From: Narcine bancroftii
Taxonomy: Eukaryota
DNA: 64,000 nucleotides
Direction: 5' to 3'
Assembly (NCBI RefSeq): GCF_036971445.1
Contig: NC_091471.1
Span: forward strand, 250,232,001-250,296,000
Shown here: positions 39,608-52,703 of the stretch, one piece after another
Layout: each line of letters starts with the position of its first letter
Position numbering within the stretch: position 1 is the stretch's first letter
Program-made: the position numbers and the translations under genes
The notes under the pieces: model-generated
Databases searched by the model: none
What the model was told of the DNA's origin: nothing
The model's input: only the letters and a program-made list of their open reading frames with translations

Positions 39608-39677
39608 CAGAAGACCACCTGCTGCTCCACACCGGCCCACAATTATCCGGACGGCTGAGCATTCCCTACTGGATTAA
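39608..39677 (+). CDS. DNM2: Dynamin-2 exon 21 (canonical last coding exon)
   Basis: ctcag|CAG|AAGA NAGNAG acceptor; (S)RRPPAAPHRPTIIRTAEHSLLD*, a DNM2-type C-terminus. Confidence 0.95.
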
Positions 39678-41835
39678 ACAGTGGGATTTATCCTGGGAAA
39701 CATTTTCTTGTAGGCTATAGTTGATTAGCCCTACCTTATTTTTGTGTATAAAACAGCTGAGGGCAGGAGCAGTGTGAAGCACAGGATCCACAGGGCTGCA
39801 CTTACTCACGTGTAATCCTGACATCTTGCCTTTTCACACAAGCTGGAAGCACTAAGATGATCTTAACTGAACTTTATTTAAACAAAGATTTACCTCTTGG
39901 TTTTGTTTCCCACCCCCCCATCCCCCCAATACCAGACTCTAGGAAATGGGATCTCTCACTCTCTGCCCCCTTTTGATCTGCTCTGTTGAGAAATGTTGCA
40001 CTTTGCCAAATAAGCAGCCAAAATTGCTTTCTGCCTTTTCCCGCACTCTGGGTCACAGCACCCTGAGCTGGTAACCACATGACGTTCCTGTCTCTGGGCA
40101 TCTTGCGCATTGCTTCTGCCTCCCAAACCCCAAACCAGTGCCTGAAGCCCCATCACTGTTTCACTGAGAGTAAAGGGACCCTTGCGGGGTCGAGGATCCC
40201 GGTGGAGATCTGTGGTATTTAATGATCCTTCAGAGCAGATCTGGGAACAAAAATACAAGGGCTCACGAGCAGGGAGTAGCGTAAGGAATTGACAGGATCA
40301 GCACCCTTATCCCTCGGACACGTGAGGCGTTGTAAAATAGGATGTTTCTGATGAGGGACACGGAGCGAGGGAGTGACGGTAAGGTATCAGTGAGGAACAG
40401 ATGCTGCAGGTGGGGTGAAGCCGGGGGGGAGGGGGGGGTAGAGAAAGCATGCAGGCAAAATGGCCAGATATGTGAGCTGCTGTCCACAGGCCCCTGGTGG
40501 GCTGCTGAGAATCATTAACAGTCGCGAGCGGAGGTTGATGAATGGCTCCGAGCATCTCTGCCAAGGAAATGCACAACCTGATTGCCGTTTGAATCTTAAA
40601 ATTCCAGTTATTTTAAAGAACCCAAGATTTGGTCAGGTGGAAGTGCAGAGTTACTTCTGCTTCCTTTGGGAGCTGCCTTTTGTGCCTCCTTTATCTCTGG
40701 TTACGTACTACCCAGAAAAGGGACTGGTAGACTGACCTGAACCCATCCTGTTAACTTCCCTTGTAGTTGTTGTAAGCAGGGCCAGGTTAGTGTTGCAAAC
40801 TGGGGGGGAAAAATGGTGGAAATACATTGATCACGGTGAAAATGGGACTGATTGAACTCTTCATACTAATTGAACTGCTTGGACCCAGTTTACTGGCACT
40901 GGATACCAAGCTGTAATCTGTTTATGATTAAACTATTTTCACATGATGTAAATAGCCTGTTCATTGATTGTATTAATATTCGGATCTGGGGGCTGTGTGG
41001 CCCAGGTGACTGTCCTTCCAGCTACTGCTAAATTAACCTTGTTCCCCCCCCCCCCGCAAAGAAATTTCCCCCATAATGAAATGGGCATTAACTTCTAATC
41101 TACAGCATTCTGTGTGCTAAGGAAGTTTACAGTGAGACGAGCAAAAATCAACGAGTACATGAGTGGAAATTCCTATGGTTTCTAATTAATTCTCCTTCTC
41201 CCCCCCCCCCCCCACCAAGCCCTGCTTGCCCACTCACCATTCCCACAAAACACCAAATTTATCTTTTTAAAAAAAAAAATCCAGGGTAAGGTTGTTCCAA
41301 AGCAGAATAGAACAGCATTTGAGAGTCCTCTGTAAATTCAATGGGAGTGGGTTAAAAGCGTTCACCTAGAAATCGATATCTCCAATATCCTAATGGTCTT
41401 GCTGTCCCGCTGTTGGTGGGAACAGTTTTATATAAAATATATATATTGAATCAAAACTAAGTTTCTCTCACTTTGAGAGGGAGTATCTCCTGGAGGCACT
41501 AATCCATACATCATCACTATTGCAGAGAATGCATCTTGTGCAATGGGTCAGGGTTTCAGGAGATTAGCACCTGTTGGTTTTTGTAATATAAGTGGCAAAG
41601 TCTGACCACCAATCTTTCCATAAGCTATAATTTCTAGATGAAAGAAAAAAAATAACAATTAACTGTTTTACAAGATAGTGACGGATCTTTTGCAATGATT
41701 ATTTCATCAAATGTTCAGAACTGGGTTCTGTTTCAACTAACAGAAACCTGAATGTTCTCTCTCCTGCTATGTGATTCTATTGATTGTTAACTGATTTGAA
41801 ATGAAGTGCCTGCATTCTGTATGGTGAAGAATTGA

Positions 41836-41841
41836 AATAAA
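41836..41841 (+). terminator. DNM2: Candidate poly(A) signal for the DNM2 exon-21 isoform
   Basis: AATAAA followed by a GT/T-rich stretch ~2.2 kb after the stop; a second AATAAA near 41908. Confidence 0.45.
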
Positions 41842-42261
41842 GGGATCGACTGTAGAAGGAGCTTCCCTGGTGTCTCTGTTTCCTTTTTCTGGCTTTGCGG
41901 TCTGGGAAATAAAATGGGAACCTTGCTGTTAGAGCTGGTGCAAGGGATGGTGAATTTTTAAAGAAAATGCTGGAAACGCACAGCATCTATAGGAGAAATA
42001 GTTTTATTTGTGTGGAAGGTTGGGAGTTGAGGTGAGGCATTTGTGCAACAGGAAAATGCTGTGAAGAAATATTCTGAATCCGGGTCTAGTGCTACTTACC
42101 TGGATGGGAATATTGAGGCTGTTGTGGACTGATCTTTTTCTAACTATCTCCACAATTACAACTTCCAGAAATGCATGGAAAATGTCAGTTATTACAGGAG
42201 TTATAAATATGTCTGGATCATCAGGCCATTGAGTCCATTGTGCCAGTGCTGCTATTTGTTA

Positions 42262-42580
42262 CCGTATATACGCGTGCAATCATCAATTTTGGGGGGGGGA
42301 CTTTTTACACAAGTCGTTCATTGCATCGGGGCCTCGGATGGCTGGTGCCCGGTGGTAAGTCGGGGCGCCAGGAGTTCGGATGGGTGGCAGCCTGGCAAGG
42401 GTCAGCAGCAGGGGTGTCGGGAGCTGTGGTGGGCGGCCAAGGCACTCGAGGCATCGGGAGCTCATATGGGAAATCTGGCCTTTTACACACATTAAACACC
42501 TGATTTTTTTGGGGGGGGGGACCCAAAATAGTGGGTTGTTGACTATTACACACTATTGACGACTACACGAGGATGTACGG
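42262..42580. mobile_element. Tc1/mariner (pogo-like) MITE
   Basis: TA-CCGTATATACGCGTG ... CACGAGGATGTACGG-TA imperfect TIRs with TA TSD. Confidence 0.65.
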
Positions 42581-43027
42581 TAAGCTTCCCTGGGTCTTTA
42601 TCTTGATCTATCCTGTGGTTTGAGAACATCCTGCCATTGAAAAGGTTTTCATTTGTTCAGTTAAGTCCCTGAAATACATTTACAGAGCAGGCTACAAGTG
42701 TCCTCTTTCTGATGAATGCAGCAGATATGAAAATTTCTCCTTTTCCAAACATCTTCATTCTTTGTTTAGTCTTAACATTTTACATATACAGTCAATGTAC
42801 AGGCTACACAAATTCAGAATCTGCTTGACATCAGTAAATATGAACGATTGCCCTGGCACTTGTGGGTTCAGCATCTTGGGAAGTACCTCCATTGTGGGAA
42901 GTGGCAGCTTTCTTTTCCGGCAATGAAAAGCGTTCTCTAGGTGCATCCTATGACTGTCATAGGTGTTTATTCCAAATCCAGAGTCCCTTCTGTTGTTATT
43001 AACATTCATCTTTTCTCTTGTGTCTAG

Positions 43028-43295
43028 GCGTCCACCTCCAGCAGTACCATCAAAATCTGGCTGTTTTATCTGTAATCATTGGTACTGTGAATACTTTAGC
43101 TCCAGATCCTCAGCTCCCTGCACACAATGCTTCAATGAGGCTGTTAACAAATATGCTCCAAGAATCCGGGGACATCTTTCTGATTGTGTCGTTGCTCTTT
43201 CATCTCATTTTAAAGGATTGGTTGGGTCAAATGTGATCTCAAACTGCAAATTTGATAGAATTGAACAATGGGGTTTGCCTGTACAATATTTATAG
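43028..43295 (+). CDS. DNM2: Candidate alternative terminal exon of dynamin-2 (RRPPPAVPSK...)
   Basis: Strong acceptor tcttttctcttgtgtctag|G in the phase that matches exon 20; reads (R)RPPPAVPSKSGC..., open to TAG at 43295; AATAAA at 44070. Confidence 0.6.
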
Positions 43296-44506
43296 ATCAA
43301 TCAACTTGGAACCGGGATCCATTTAGAAACTGAAGTGGATCTTCCTAGGACAGGTTGGTTGAAGGGTTCTAGAGTTCATGATTTTTCTTAATGGGGTTTT
43401 AATATAGAAAAAAAATCAATCAATGGATGGACAAATTAATTGTATCCTGGACATTTCCTTCTTCCAGCTGCTCACCCCTTCCTATCAGAGTGTATCTTCC
43501 TCAGCCTGCTACTACTACTTCCAATCACCTACCTTACTACTCCCCCAACCCATCACCTGCCATCTAGTATTCCTCCCCTCCACCCCTTTATTCAGGCTCC
43601 ATCAGGAACAGAACAAAAAGGCAGAAGGATTTCAGCCTGAAATGCTATCTTTTGCCTTCCATGGATGGTACCTGACCTGCTATTCCCCCAGTTTGAGGGC
43701 TGAGGCAGTTAAATCACTGTAAGGACATTTTTTAGCCAGGAAAGCATTCAGTTCACATCATTGAGCAGTGGTATTACAAACCAGTTGTTATTCTTGTGGA
43801 CATGAAAGATAGTTTTCTTTGCCCATCACTCCGCTCCCACCAGACTGAGGTTCACATCAGCTCCTGAACCTCGGCAGGAACAAAGCACAATTAAGATTTC
43901 CTCGCCCTCAAATGTCTTCTCCAGCCCTTGGGTAAATGGAAGTTATCCTCCACAATCTTCAAGCATGAGGCCACTGGGACCCTTTCGCCACTGGGCGCAC
44001 ATGAGTTTCACTCTCCTCCCCTCTGCCTGTGGCCTTGCCTTCTCTATATTTTGCTTGTAAAAGATCATGAATAAAATGTATATATGGGATGGTTTGTGAG
44101 AGAGACGTGTGCATTCCTTATCTTTTGATTTTGATGCAAAGTTTCAGGAACTGCAGCAAACTTTGTTCAATCTCTCTCTCTTAACTTCTATCCCTTGAAT
44201 GTTACTGTCCACCTCATTAAAACTGCCCTGCAGGTTTTGGACTGGGTTACAACATTTAAACTGCTATTTTCATGCAATTTAAAGGACACAGGGATATGAT
44301 AATAACCACGTATAGTTGTTATTTTCTTGACCCTCTTCCATTGGGCACTAGGTTAATTCCTGTTAAATTCTAACCACACTGGCTTTAAATATTTCAATCC
44401 ACTCCCCAGCTCCTTTCACTCAATTGCAGCATTACCTTAATTCCACATCCTCTGCATTGATAAAAATCTAATTCACTCCATTGCATTTCCTAAATCAAAT
44501 TAACTC

Positions 44507-44577
44507 TTTATTTAATGATACCCTGCACTTGCGTGGGATGAACTTCCTGACTTCCAGAATCTAATCCTGAGTTTATT
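44507..44577 (-). terminator. TMED1: Candidate poly(A) signals of TMED1
   Basis: TTTATT on the + strand at 44507 and 44572, 200-270 nt beyond the TMED1 stop. Confidence 0.45.
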
Positions 44578-44777
44578 AACCATAAACATGCAGATGTCAA
44601 AATACATACTTGGTATTCTGTGAAAGCATCCTTGTACAGTCAGTACATCCCTCTCACCTTAATCCTTCAATATCCCAACCAACCCCCAGAAAATCCATCA
44701 TACCCCAAACCAAGGGAATAGGCTGCATCTGGCCAGCCCGCCAGTTCTTGCCTCTGCTTCAACTTAAGTTTCTTAAA

Positions 44778-44996
44778 TTAGGTCTGTACTTTTCTCCGGT
44801 CATCAAAGAGGCTTTTCAACATGTAGACCTGGATAAACGACACCACCAACATCACCCCCAGATTGACAGCCGACCAAAAGTTCACTCGTCCCAAATTGCC
44901 CTCCTGCAGGTTCCGATCCCGTGCCTCGAAGGCTCGGAGAGTGGCCTGTATCTGCATGCTCTTTCCCAACTTGCTGTTCATGTTCCCAATCGCCTC
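44778..44996 (-). CDS. TMED1: TMED1 (p24 gamma family) last exon, 219 nt
   Basis: ctcag|GAG..; EAIGNMNSKLGKSMQIQATLRAFEARDRNLQEGNLGRVNFWSAVNLGVMLVVSFIQVYMLKSLFDDRRKVQT*; convergent with DNM2 as in mammals. Confidence 0.92.
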   Translation of the reverse strand, partial: EAIGNMNSKLGKSMQIQATLRAFEARDRNLQEGNLGRVNFWSAVNLGVMLVVSFIQVYMLKSLFDDRRKVQT

Positions 44997-45139
44997 CTGA
45001 GAAATGAGTGAGCGACAGTCAGGGTGAATGAGGGGTGGGAACTCTGCGCAGCAATCAATCTATTCCATTGTATTTCTCCCCCATTCGGCAGTGTGTGGGG
45101 AGAGTGGTAGGTGATCACAGGACAGGTGAAATTTCAACA

Positions 45140-45560
45140 ACTAAGATGAACTCAACAAATCTCTGGTGAGACCACACTTGGAGCGTTATGTTCAGTTTTG
45201 GTCACCTCATTACAGGAAGGATGTGGGAGCTACGGAGAGGGTGCAGAGATTTACCAGGATGTTGCCTGGATTGGAGGCCAGGTTAGCAGAGCTGGGACTT
45301 CTCTCTTTGGAACGTAGAAGGAGACTTAATAGAGGTCTATAAGATTATGAGGGATATAGATAAGGTGGACAGCCAGCACCCTTTTCCCAGGGCAGGAATA
45401 GCAACTCCAGAGGACATAAATACAAAGTTAAGGGAGGGACGTTTAGGGGAGACATCAGGAGTATTTTTTAAAGAGTTGTGGGTGCCAGGAATGTCTTGCC
45501 AGGGATGGTGGTGGAGGCAGAAACTAGGGGCAGTTAAGAGACAGGCACATGAATGAAAGA
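45140..45560 (+). mobile_element. CR1 LINE 3' fragment
   Basis: CTGGTGAGACCACACTTGGAG..CAGTTTTGGTCACC (LVRPHLE..QFWSP) and downstream CR1 sequence. Confidence 0.8.
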
Positions 45561-45860
45561 TAAAGATACTACCTCGTTACCCTCTAAGGAATATATGGGT
45601 AAGCACAAAATTAAGGGTCAAATGACCTGTAGTTTTTTATGTTCTATTAATTATTTTGGGGGGAGAAATCGGCCAAACCACTGGGAATATACACACACAC
45701 ACGTCATGAAATTGGGAGGCAAGCTAATAAAGCTAGAGTGATTAAACACAAGGGCAAGGAGAAAATAATAGTTTTAATTATGGTGTTGTGGTTCAACAGC
45801 CAACAGTGCACACAAGACAGTGGGGAAGGTTCTTCACATGTATAATGTCCTGAAAGATTA

Positions 45861-46446
45861 CACTGGGCAACGATTTTTCAAAATTAAAATAAAAGGTTTG
45901 CTTCCTGAAGAAAAATTGGAATGATGGACAACTTCAAGCTGTGCACAAAGAGAATTTCAGATTTGCTGGATCACGAAGGAATTTGGAGAAACGTTAAATT
46001 AACAGGTTTAATCAGATCACGATGGTTGCATTAGGTCAACTGTCCTAAAAATGTTTTGTTGCTGATTTTCGTTTCTACTCAGCATCTGATGCCTCTTGAG
46101 TCAGTGTCCAACAATAGTCGGCCAGCATTGAGGGATTCCAGTGGCCCTGATACCGCTTTTCCATGGTCCCAATGTTCTGGTGAAACCTTTCACCGTGTTC
46201 GTCACTGACGGCACCAAGATCAGCCGGGACAAAGTCCAAATGTGAATGTTGAAAATTTCCAATGACATGTTGCACTTCTGCTTGAAGTAGACTTAAAATA
46301 TGACAGGAAATCACAAAAATAGGTTATAGCTAAAAAAAATGGTATGTGATAGGAACATTTTAAGGTGACTTTCATGATTGGCAGTCTAAAATCCATTAAA
46401 GTACACTCAAAAGTATTCAGGAGGCAAGAATCTTCGTTGTCTAGTG
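45861..46446 (-). mobile_element. Internally deleted Chapaev3-like (CMC) DNA transposon
   Basis: Termini CACTGGGCAACGA / TCGTTGTCTAGTG; 3-bp TTA TSD; transposase C-terminal motif HSHLDF..LGAVSDEHGERFHQ..MEKRYQGHW..MLADYCW in ORF 46075-46314. Confidence 0.75.
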
Positions 46447-47281
46447 TTATTTTTCTTTTTGTAATGGCAATGTGGCATTTTTCAGCTTTCCCTTCCTGAT
46501 TTACCTGAGGATTTTAAAATACATGTTTGATTGCTCTAAAGATGCTGTGAAGTGTTAGTGCCATTACTGCTCTCATGAGTTTTAGGGGATAGGGTTCATC
46601 TAAAATTGTGCTCTCTCTCTTTCTCGCACCCCCCACCCCCTTTCCTTACTCGCGTTCTAATGTTCTTTTGCACTCAGGCAGCGCTGCTATCTGTTAATGT
46701 TAGCCTGAGACATTCTCCAATGTCGCAAAGAGGATGAGAAAAGATTTAATTGAGCGCAGGATCTGGCTGGTTTAGGTGGAGTAAATGGAGGGATGTGGTC
46801 TTCATTAGCAGACGGGCCATACAGACTGGGCAAAAGATTCAAGGGAGGTGAGTGAAATAATAAACCTTTCTTGTTAATAATGGTTGATATCATCTGGATC
46901 TTAAAGTCTAAGGCTGGGATTTGGATAGGCACATGGGGAATAATTTGTAGGGTTGGTGGAAAGAACAATGGAATGTAACAGATTGGGTTACTGTATCAGC
47001 ATCGACCTAATGGATCCATTGGTCTTTTCAATAATTCTTTTATTCTACTTGCATGGACACAGGATTAGAGCATTCAAGTCTGCAGAGACACCGTGATTGA
47101 AGTAAAATCACAACACTGGAGAAACTCAGCAGATCAAACAGTGTCCTTTATGTAACAAAGGTAAAGATACAAAACCGACGTTTTGGGCTTGAGCCCATCA
47201 TCGAGGTGTGGTGAATTAGAACATTCAGCATTGAGCAGAAATGCTGCAAATGGGTAGGGTCTGACACTGGCTCCAACTTAC

Positions 47282-47450
47282 CTTGATATCATCAATCTTA
47301 ATATCCAACAGCTCATCAGGTTCTACAATCTCTGACCAGTCCATCTGAGCGTCATCGAAAATCACCTCAAAGAAGATGAGCTTCTCAGAAATGGTGCTGA
47401 ACGAATTGTCGAAGCAGATTTTATAATCCCCATTCATTGTAGGCTCAATC
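47282..47450 (-). CDS. TMED1: TMED1 exon 3 (GOLD domain), 169 nt
   Basis: catag|G..AAG|gtaagt; [56 protein letters not shown]. Confidence 0.93.
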
Positions 47451-48730
47451 CTATGGACCAAGTAGAAAAAGCCTCAGTAAAACACCTCCCTTCTGGCCTG
47501 CCTTAGATCTCTAAAACAAGCAAATACAGTATTAATAAATAGCCTCCAACATATTACAGTAAGTCCCAGAGTGCTTCACAGGAGCAGGTGCCACGTCAAC
47601 CGAGAGGTACAAGAAGTTGGGCAGGTTCAGCCAAGGTGGGAGAAGGAATCAGAGTTTAAGATCAAACAGTAGAGCAGTGATTTAAATGAAGAAGGATGAC
47701 CAGAGGTGGAGGAGCATCAAAATCTGTGGATTTTAAATTTAGGCGTACGGCACAGCAACAGGCCTTTCCGGCCTGCAAGTCCATGCCAACTAATTACACC
47801 CAATTGACCTACAACCCCCAGTTTGTTTTGGAGGGTGGGAGGAAACCAGAGCACCCGGGGAAAACCCCACGCAGACATGGGGAGAATGTACAAACTCCTT
47901 ACAGCTAGTGAGCGATTCCAATCCCAGTCGCTGGTGGTGTTAACAGTGTTGCACTAACCTGTGTTGACCGGATTGCAAGGTGGAAGGGATGGGCTGATAT
48001 CACAATTTGGATACAATAAGCACTTCAAAAAAAGATAAGACATTTCCAGATCATATATGATTGTTAATCAAAAAGCAAAAAAAAAATTCCAAATGCTGGA
48101 AGTGCGAAATAAAGAGGGAAACTGATAGGTGCTCTGGACTGTGCCTGGCCTGCAAAGTGTTTCAACATTTCAGTCCTGTAATCACAGAACATCTGGAGCT
48201 GGCAGGTTGAATTTAGCTTCTGTTAATGTAGTTTCTTTTGTACAACAGGTCATCTACACCTCTATCCACTCTGATACAGAGAGGCATCAATCGTGCGGAT
48301 GGCCAGAGGCTTCTCCCCAGGGCTGAAATGGCTAGCACGTGGGGGCATAGTTTTAAGGTGCTTGGGAGTAAGTACAGGGGGTGGGGGGTGGGTGTAAGAG
48401 GTAAATTTATCACACATAGAGTGGTGGGTGAATGGAATGTTCTGCTGACAACAGTGGTGGAGGCAACTATGATTGGATTTTATTTTCAGAGATGATTACA
48501 TGGAACTGAGAAAAATGGAGAGTTATGCAGTAGGGAAATCTATGCCATAGCTGTTCTGAGGTTAGTAAGGGTTGTGAGAAAAAGGTTGAGAACCACTGTT
48601 CTAGGCAGTTGTTAGAGTAGGTTATTAGGCCAGCACAATAATGTGGACCGAAGGGTCTGTACTATGCCGCAGATTTCGATGTTGTATTTTAATTCTTAAT
48701 CAAACCCAAGCACAATTAATGTGCAACAGT

Positions 48731-51700
48731 TGCTAGGATGCCCTAAACAGAGTGACCCCACCATCGCCAAGTTCTCGGGACTTGAGCCATCAATCAATCA
48801 GTCATGTGCGTGAGGTGGCTCGCAAGAGTTCCCTTGGGACCAAGGGCATTGTAAATAGTTCTCTAATTGTAAATAAAAGGGTTCGTTCTTTGTATTTGTG
48901 TCGGTCGTTTTTCTCTGGGTCTAACGAGGTGGAAGCTTGTATTTCACACAACGTGTGCACAGCACAAACATTCGGCACATTGACAACATTTTGGTGGAGA
49001 TAATGTCAGTCGCAATGGAACAGCTGCAGGCCGTCCTCAAGCAGCAGCAGACAAGTTTTGAAGAAATACAAGCGAGGCTAATTGACCAGCTGGCAGAGAA
49101 AATGTCCGTTGGGGCTCCAGCCACTGTAGAAGGTGAGCCTGAAGTTAATTCCAATTTGGCAGATGCTTTAATGAGCTCTATCACTGAGTTCTCATTTGAC
49201 TCAGAGTCAAGCACATTTGAAACTTATTTGTAGTCGCTTTGCCAAGTTCAATGATGCATGGAAAATTAGGCTGTTGATGTGGAACATGAGCGCCAAACTT
49301 CATTCTGCCAAAACTTGCTCGTGAGCTCAGCTTCAGGGAAACACTTAACATGTTGGAAGAGATAATTGGTGAGCAAACATCACTGTTCGACATTCAGTAT
49401 CAGGGCCTCAAAATGACGAAGAAAGATACCGAAGATTTTGTGACATGATGGTGAATCGACAGTGTGAGCGTTTTGAACGCCCTACGCTGACTGAAGACCA
49501 GTTTAAGTGTCTAGTCCTTGTAGCGGGAATGCAGCTGCACCAAGATGCCAACTTCAGAACACGTTTGCTAGCAAAGATTGAGCACGAGTCGGATGTGACT
49601 CTTCAAAGATTAACAGCCGAATGTCAACACTTAATTAATCTGAAACATGACAGCAAAATGGTGGAAGCAGCTCCCCCATCCTCAAGCGGTTGTGTCCAGA
49701 CAGTCAAGTCAGCAGACTCCACTAGACAAAAGTGTGACCCACCCAGCCAAACTGCCCAGAGTCTGTTGGAACTACAGTGAGTGGCACTACGCTCATGACT
49801 GCCTGTACAGATGTCAATGCTGCAGTGAATGAAAGCACCTGGGGCATAAAACAAACTGCTGTAGAGGTGGAAGACGGAAAACACCTGATAAGTTTGCTTT
49901 ACCCTCAAAAGTGAAACTTATCACAGCGACTTTCAAGGTGGCTAACGCCAAATGCAAGAAATATGTGAAAGTGCTTCAAATTGATACAGGGTCTGATATT
50001 ACCCTAATATCAAAGAAAAGGTGGAAACTGATTGGTCAGCTAGAGGTGACTCCAACTGAAAACATGGCACAGCACGCTTACGGGGGAGGGGGGATCCTGG
50101 AGTTGTTAGGTTCAGTTGACCATTCCCTCAGCTTAAGCAGCGCAGAAGAAAATGGAACGTGTTACCTGGTAAAATGACCTAACCTCGATCTCATGGGCCT
50201 CAACTGGATTGAATGGTTGAACCTTCTGGACCAGCCACTCAACAATATTTACCACAAAGGTAGCTGGTGCAGCTAAAGCAATGCCATTCTCCGAAGGCTT
50301 CGGACGGTGCTCTAAAAGGAAGGCGAAATTCTGTCCTCTGTCAAGCCTGAAACTGACTTTCAAGCCAAAATGACCTGTCCTATATGCAGCACTGCAAGAA
50401 GTGGAGAAAGAGTTGGAACGGCTACAGCATGAAGGAGTAATTGAGCAGATCAACTACTCATCATGGGCTGCACCTATCGTGGTGGTGAAAAAAATCAAAT
50501 GGCTCCATACGTCCATGTGCCGATTTCTCAACTGGTCTGAATGCAGCATTGGACACCCATCAATACCCACTGCCACTGCCTGAGGACCTCTTCGCTGAGC
50601 TGAATGGTGGCAAATGCTTTGCAAAGATCAACTTAGCAGAGGCTTATCTATAGGTGGAGGTTGATGACGAATCCAAGGAATTACTAACCATCAACGTGCA
50701 CCGTGGACTGTCCGGATACACCCGTCTACCATTCGGAGTGAAGATTGGTCAGTTATCTTTCAACAGATCATAAGAACAATGGTGAAAGGTGTTCCGGGTG
50801 TTGCAGCGTACCTAGGTGATATCCTGGTCATGGGAGCACACTTTCGAGAATTGTTTGATCAGCTTGAGTGTGTTCTGCTCCGCATCAAAGTCTACGGTTT
50901 TCAAGTGCGTCCAGGAAAATGCACATTTTCATGAAGTCAGTGAAATACCTTGGCTTCATCATTGACCAACATGAACGACGGCCAGAGCCACAAAATGCTG
51001 ATGCTACTATAGATGTGACCACGCTACGTTCATTCCCAGGACTTCTTAGTCACTACTGTCCATTTCTGCTGGAGATGCATAAACTCCATGATCCACTCAA
51101 CAAGCTCCCTACCACGGGTAGCAAAAGGAAATGGACACATCAAAATCTCAAGAGTCATTCAATCAAGTTAAGACGATGCTAAACTCGAACCTTCTTTTGA
51201 TGCACTACAATCCAAACTTGAAGATTGTCATAGCTTCAGATGCATCGCAGTCTGGAGTGGGTGCAGTCATTTCTTACATGGGAATTCCCAGATGCGAATC
51301 AAAAGGTCGTAGCACACGCAACACTCTCTCTAACCACCACAGAGTGTAACTATTGACAGCTTGAAAAGGAAGCAGTGAAGAAATTCCACAAAATGCTCCA
51401 TGGACGGCAATTCACTCTTCTGACAGATCACAAGCCGCTCCGAGCAGTATATGGTTCAAAGAAAGGAATTCCAATTTACACAGTAAACCATCTACTTAAG
51501 GGGTTGCTTAAGGTGGTGTGTGGCTGGAAAGAAAAAGTTTGAAAACCACTGTTTAAATCGTACCTCATTGACTCGTTATGTGCACGGTTTCAGAACTCCA
51601 AAGGAAGTGGCCCAATGACAATTTTTCTCAAGCAAAATATTTCATAACAATTGGGTCTTGAGCAGCAGTTCTCAACCTTCCCTTCCCAGACTTTGGTGCT

Positions 51701-52703
51701 CGAAAGATAAATGTTTACCGCTCAGGAAGGTTCTTGTAGGGTTTGCAGAGAAAGATTTGTTGTTCCAGGATTTCCACAACTGAGGAACCACCATTAGTCA
51801 CCTCAATGTCTCCCTGATGAAACTTGCCCCATCAGGGTTTTCCAGATGGTAACCTCTTTCTTTCAGGCCACCACAGAGTTCTTTTCGTTCCTCTTATTCC
51901 AAGAGAAACATCAGACAGATAGCACTTCCAGCCGTCCACTGCTCTGGAGCTTTTCATCAGTTTCAACCAGCTCTTCCTGGCTTGTTCTGTTTAGCTGCTT
52001 TTTCATGTCACACACACTAGCTGGGAGAGCTTGTTAACTTGTCCCTCTCTCTCTCTCTCTCCAACTGAGACTCCAGAAAACCCATGTGACTCTCTCACTT
52101 GCAAAACCCCCACCTTCTTCATGCAAACACCAGGAGTTCTTCTCCTTGGTCAAGATGTTGTCTTAGATAAACAAAACCCAGGAGTGACCTTTCTGTGAGC
52201 ACATTGCAAGTACTTTTTAACAGCCAGTTTGTCTCCTACAAACAATGATCTTTCATTTCATGACATCATTTCAATTAGCACCTACTTGTGAAATATGCAT
52301 CACATTCTCCAGAGATCCTGCAATGTTACTGAATATGAATTGTTCAGTATTTCAAATAAGAACTGTTTTAAAATGTGTATGTAACCCACTAATCTTACCA
52401 AATTCCTCCCAATATTTATTCATTACACTAATCACAGAGCACCGATGGCATAGGGATTACTTAAAGTGGGATGCGAGTGGAAAGAAAAAGGTGGAGAACC
52501 ACTGAACTAATGCAATCACGTGTGTGAGAGGGCTCGCGAGAGTTCCCTATGGACTAAGGGCATTGTAAGTATTATACATAATTCTCTAATTGTAAATAAA
52601 AAGGTTTGTTCTTTGGATTTGTGTCGGTTGTTTCTCTTTGGGTCTAACGAGGTAGAAGCTCGTATTTCACACAACATGTGCACAGCACAAACATTCAGCA
52701 CAA
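48731..52703 (+). mobile_element. Degenerate Ty3/Gypsy LTR retrotransposon (gag-PR-RT-RNaseH; integrase deleted)
   Basis: Direct repeats ~48800-48980 and ~52514-52702; PBS TGGTGGAG at 48992; protease [24 protein letters not shown] and YLGD, RNaseH ASDASQSGVGAVIS; many stops and frameshifts; left boundary approximate. Confidence 0.9.
51496..52504. mobile_element. hAT element (inverse of the 24927-25301 family) nested in the Gypsy, interrupted by ~740 bp of other sequence
   Basis: 51496-51690 and 52425-52504 match the reverse complement of 24927-25301; ends GGAGAACCACTG. Confidence 0.7.

Noticed and set aside
42093-42103. TACTTACCTGG, matching the U1 snRNA 5' end
   Set aside because: Only 11 nt match and the downstream sequence is not U1
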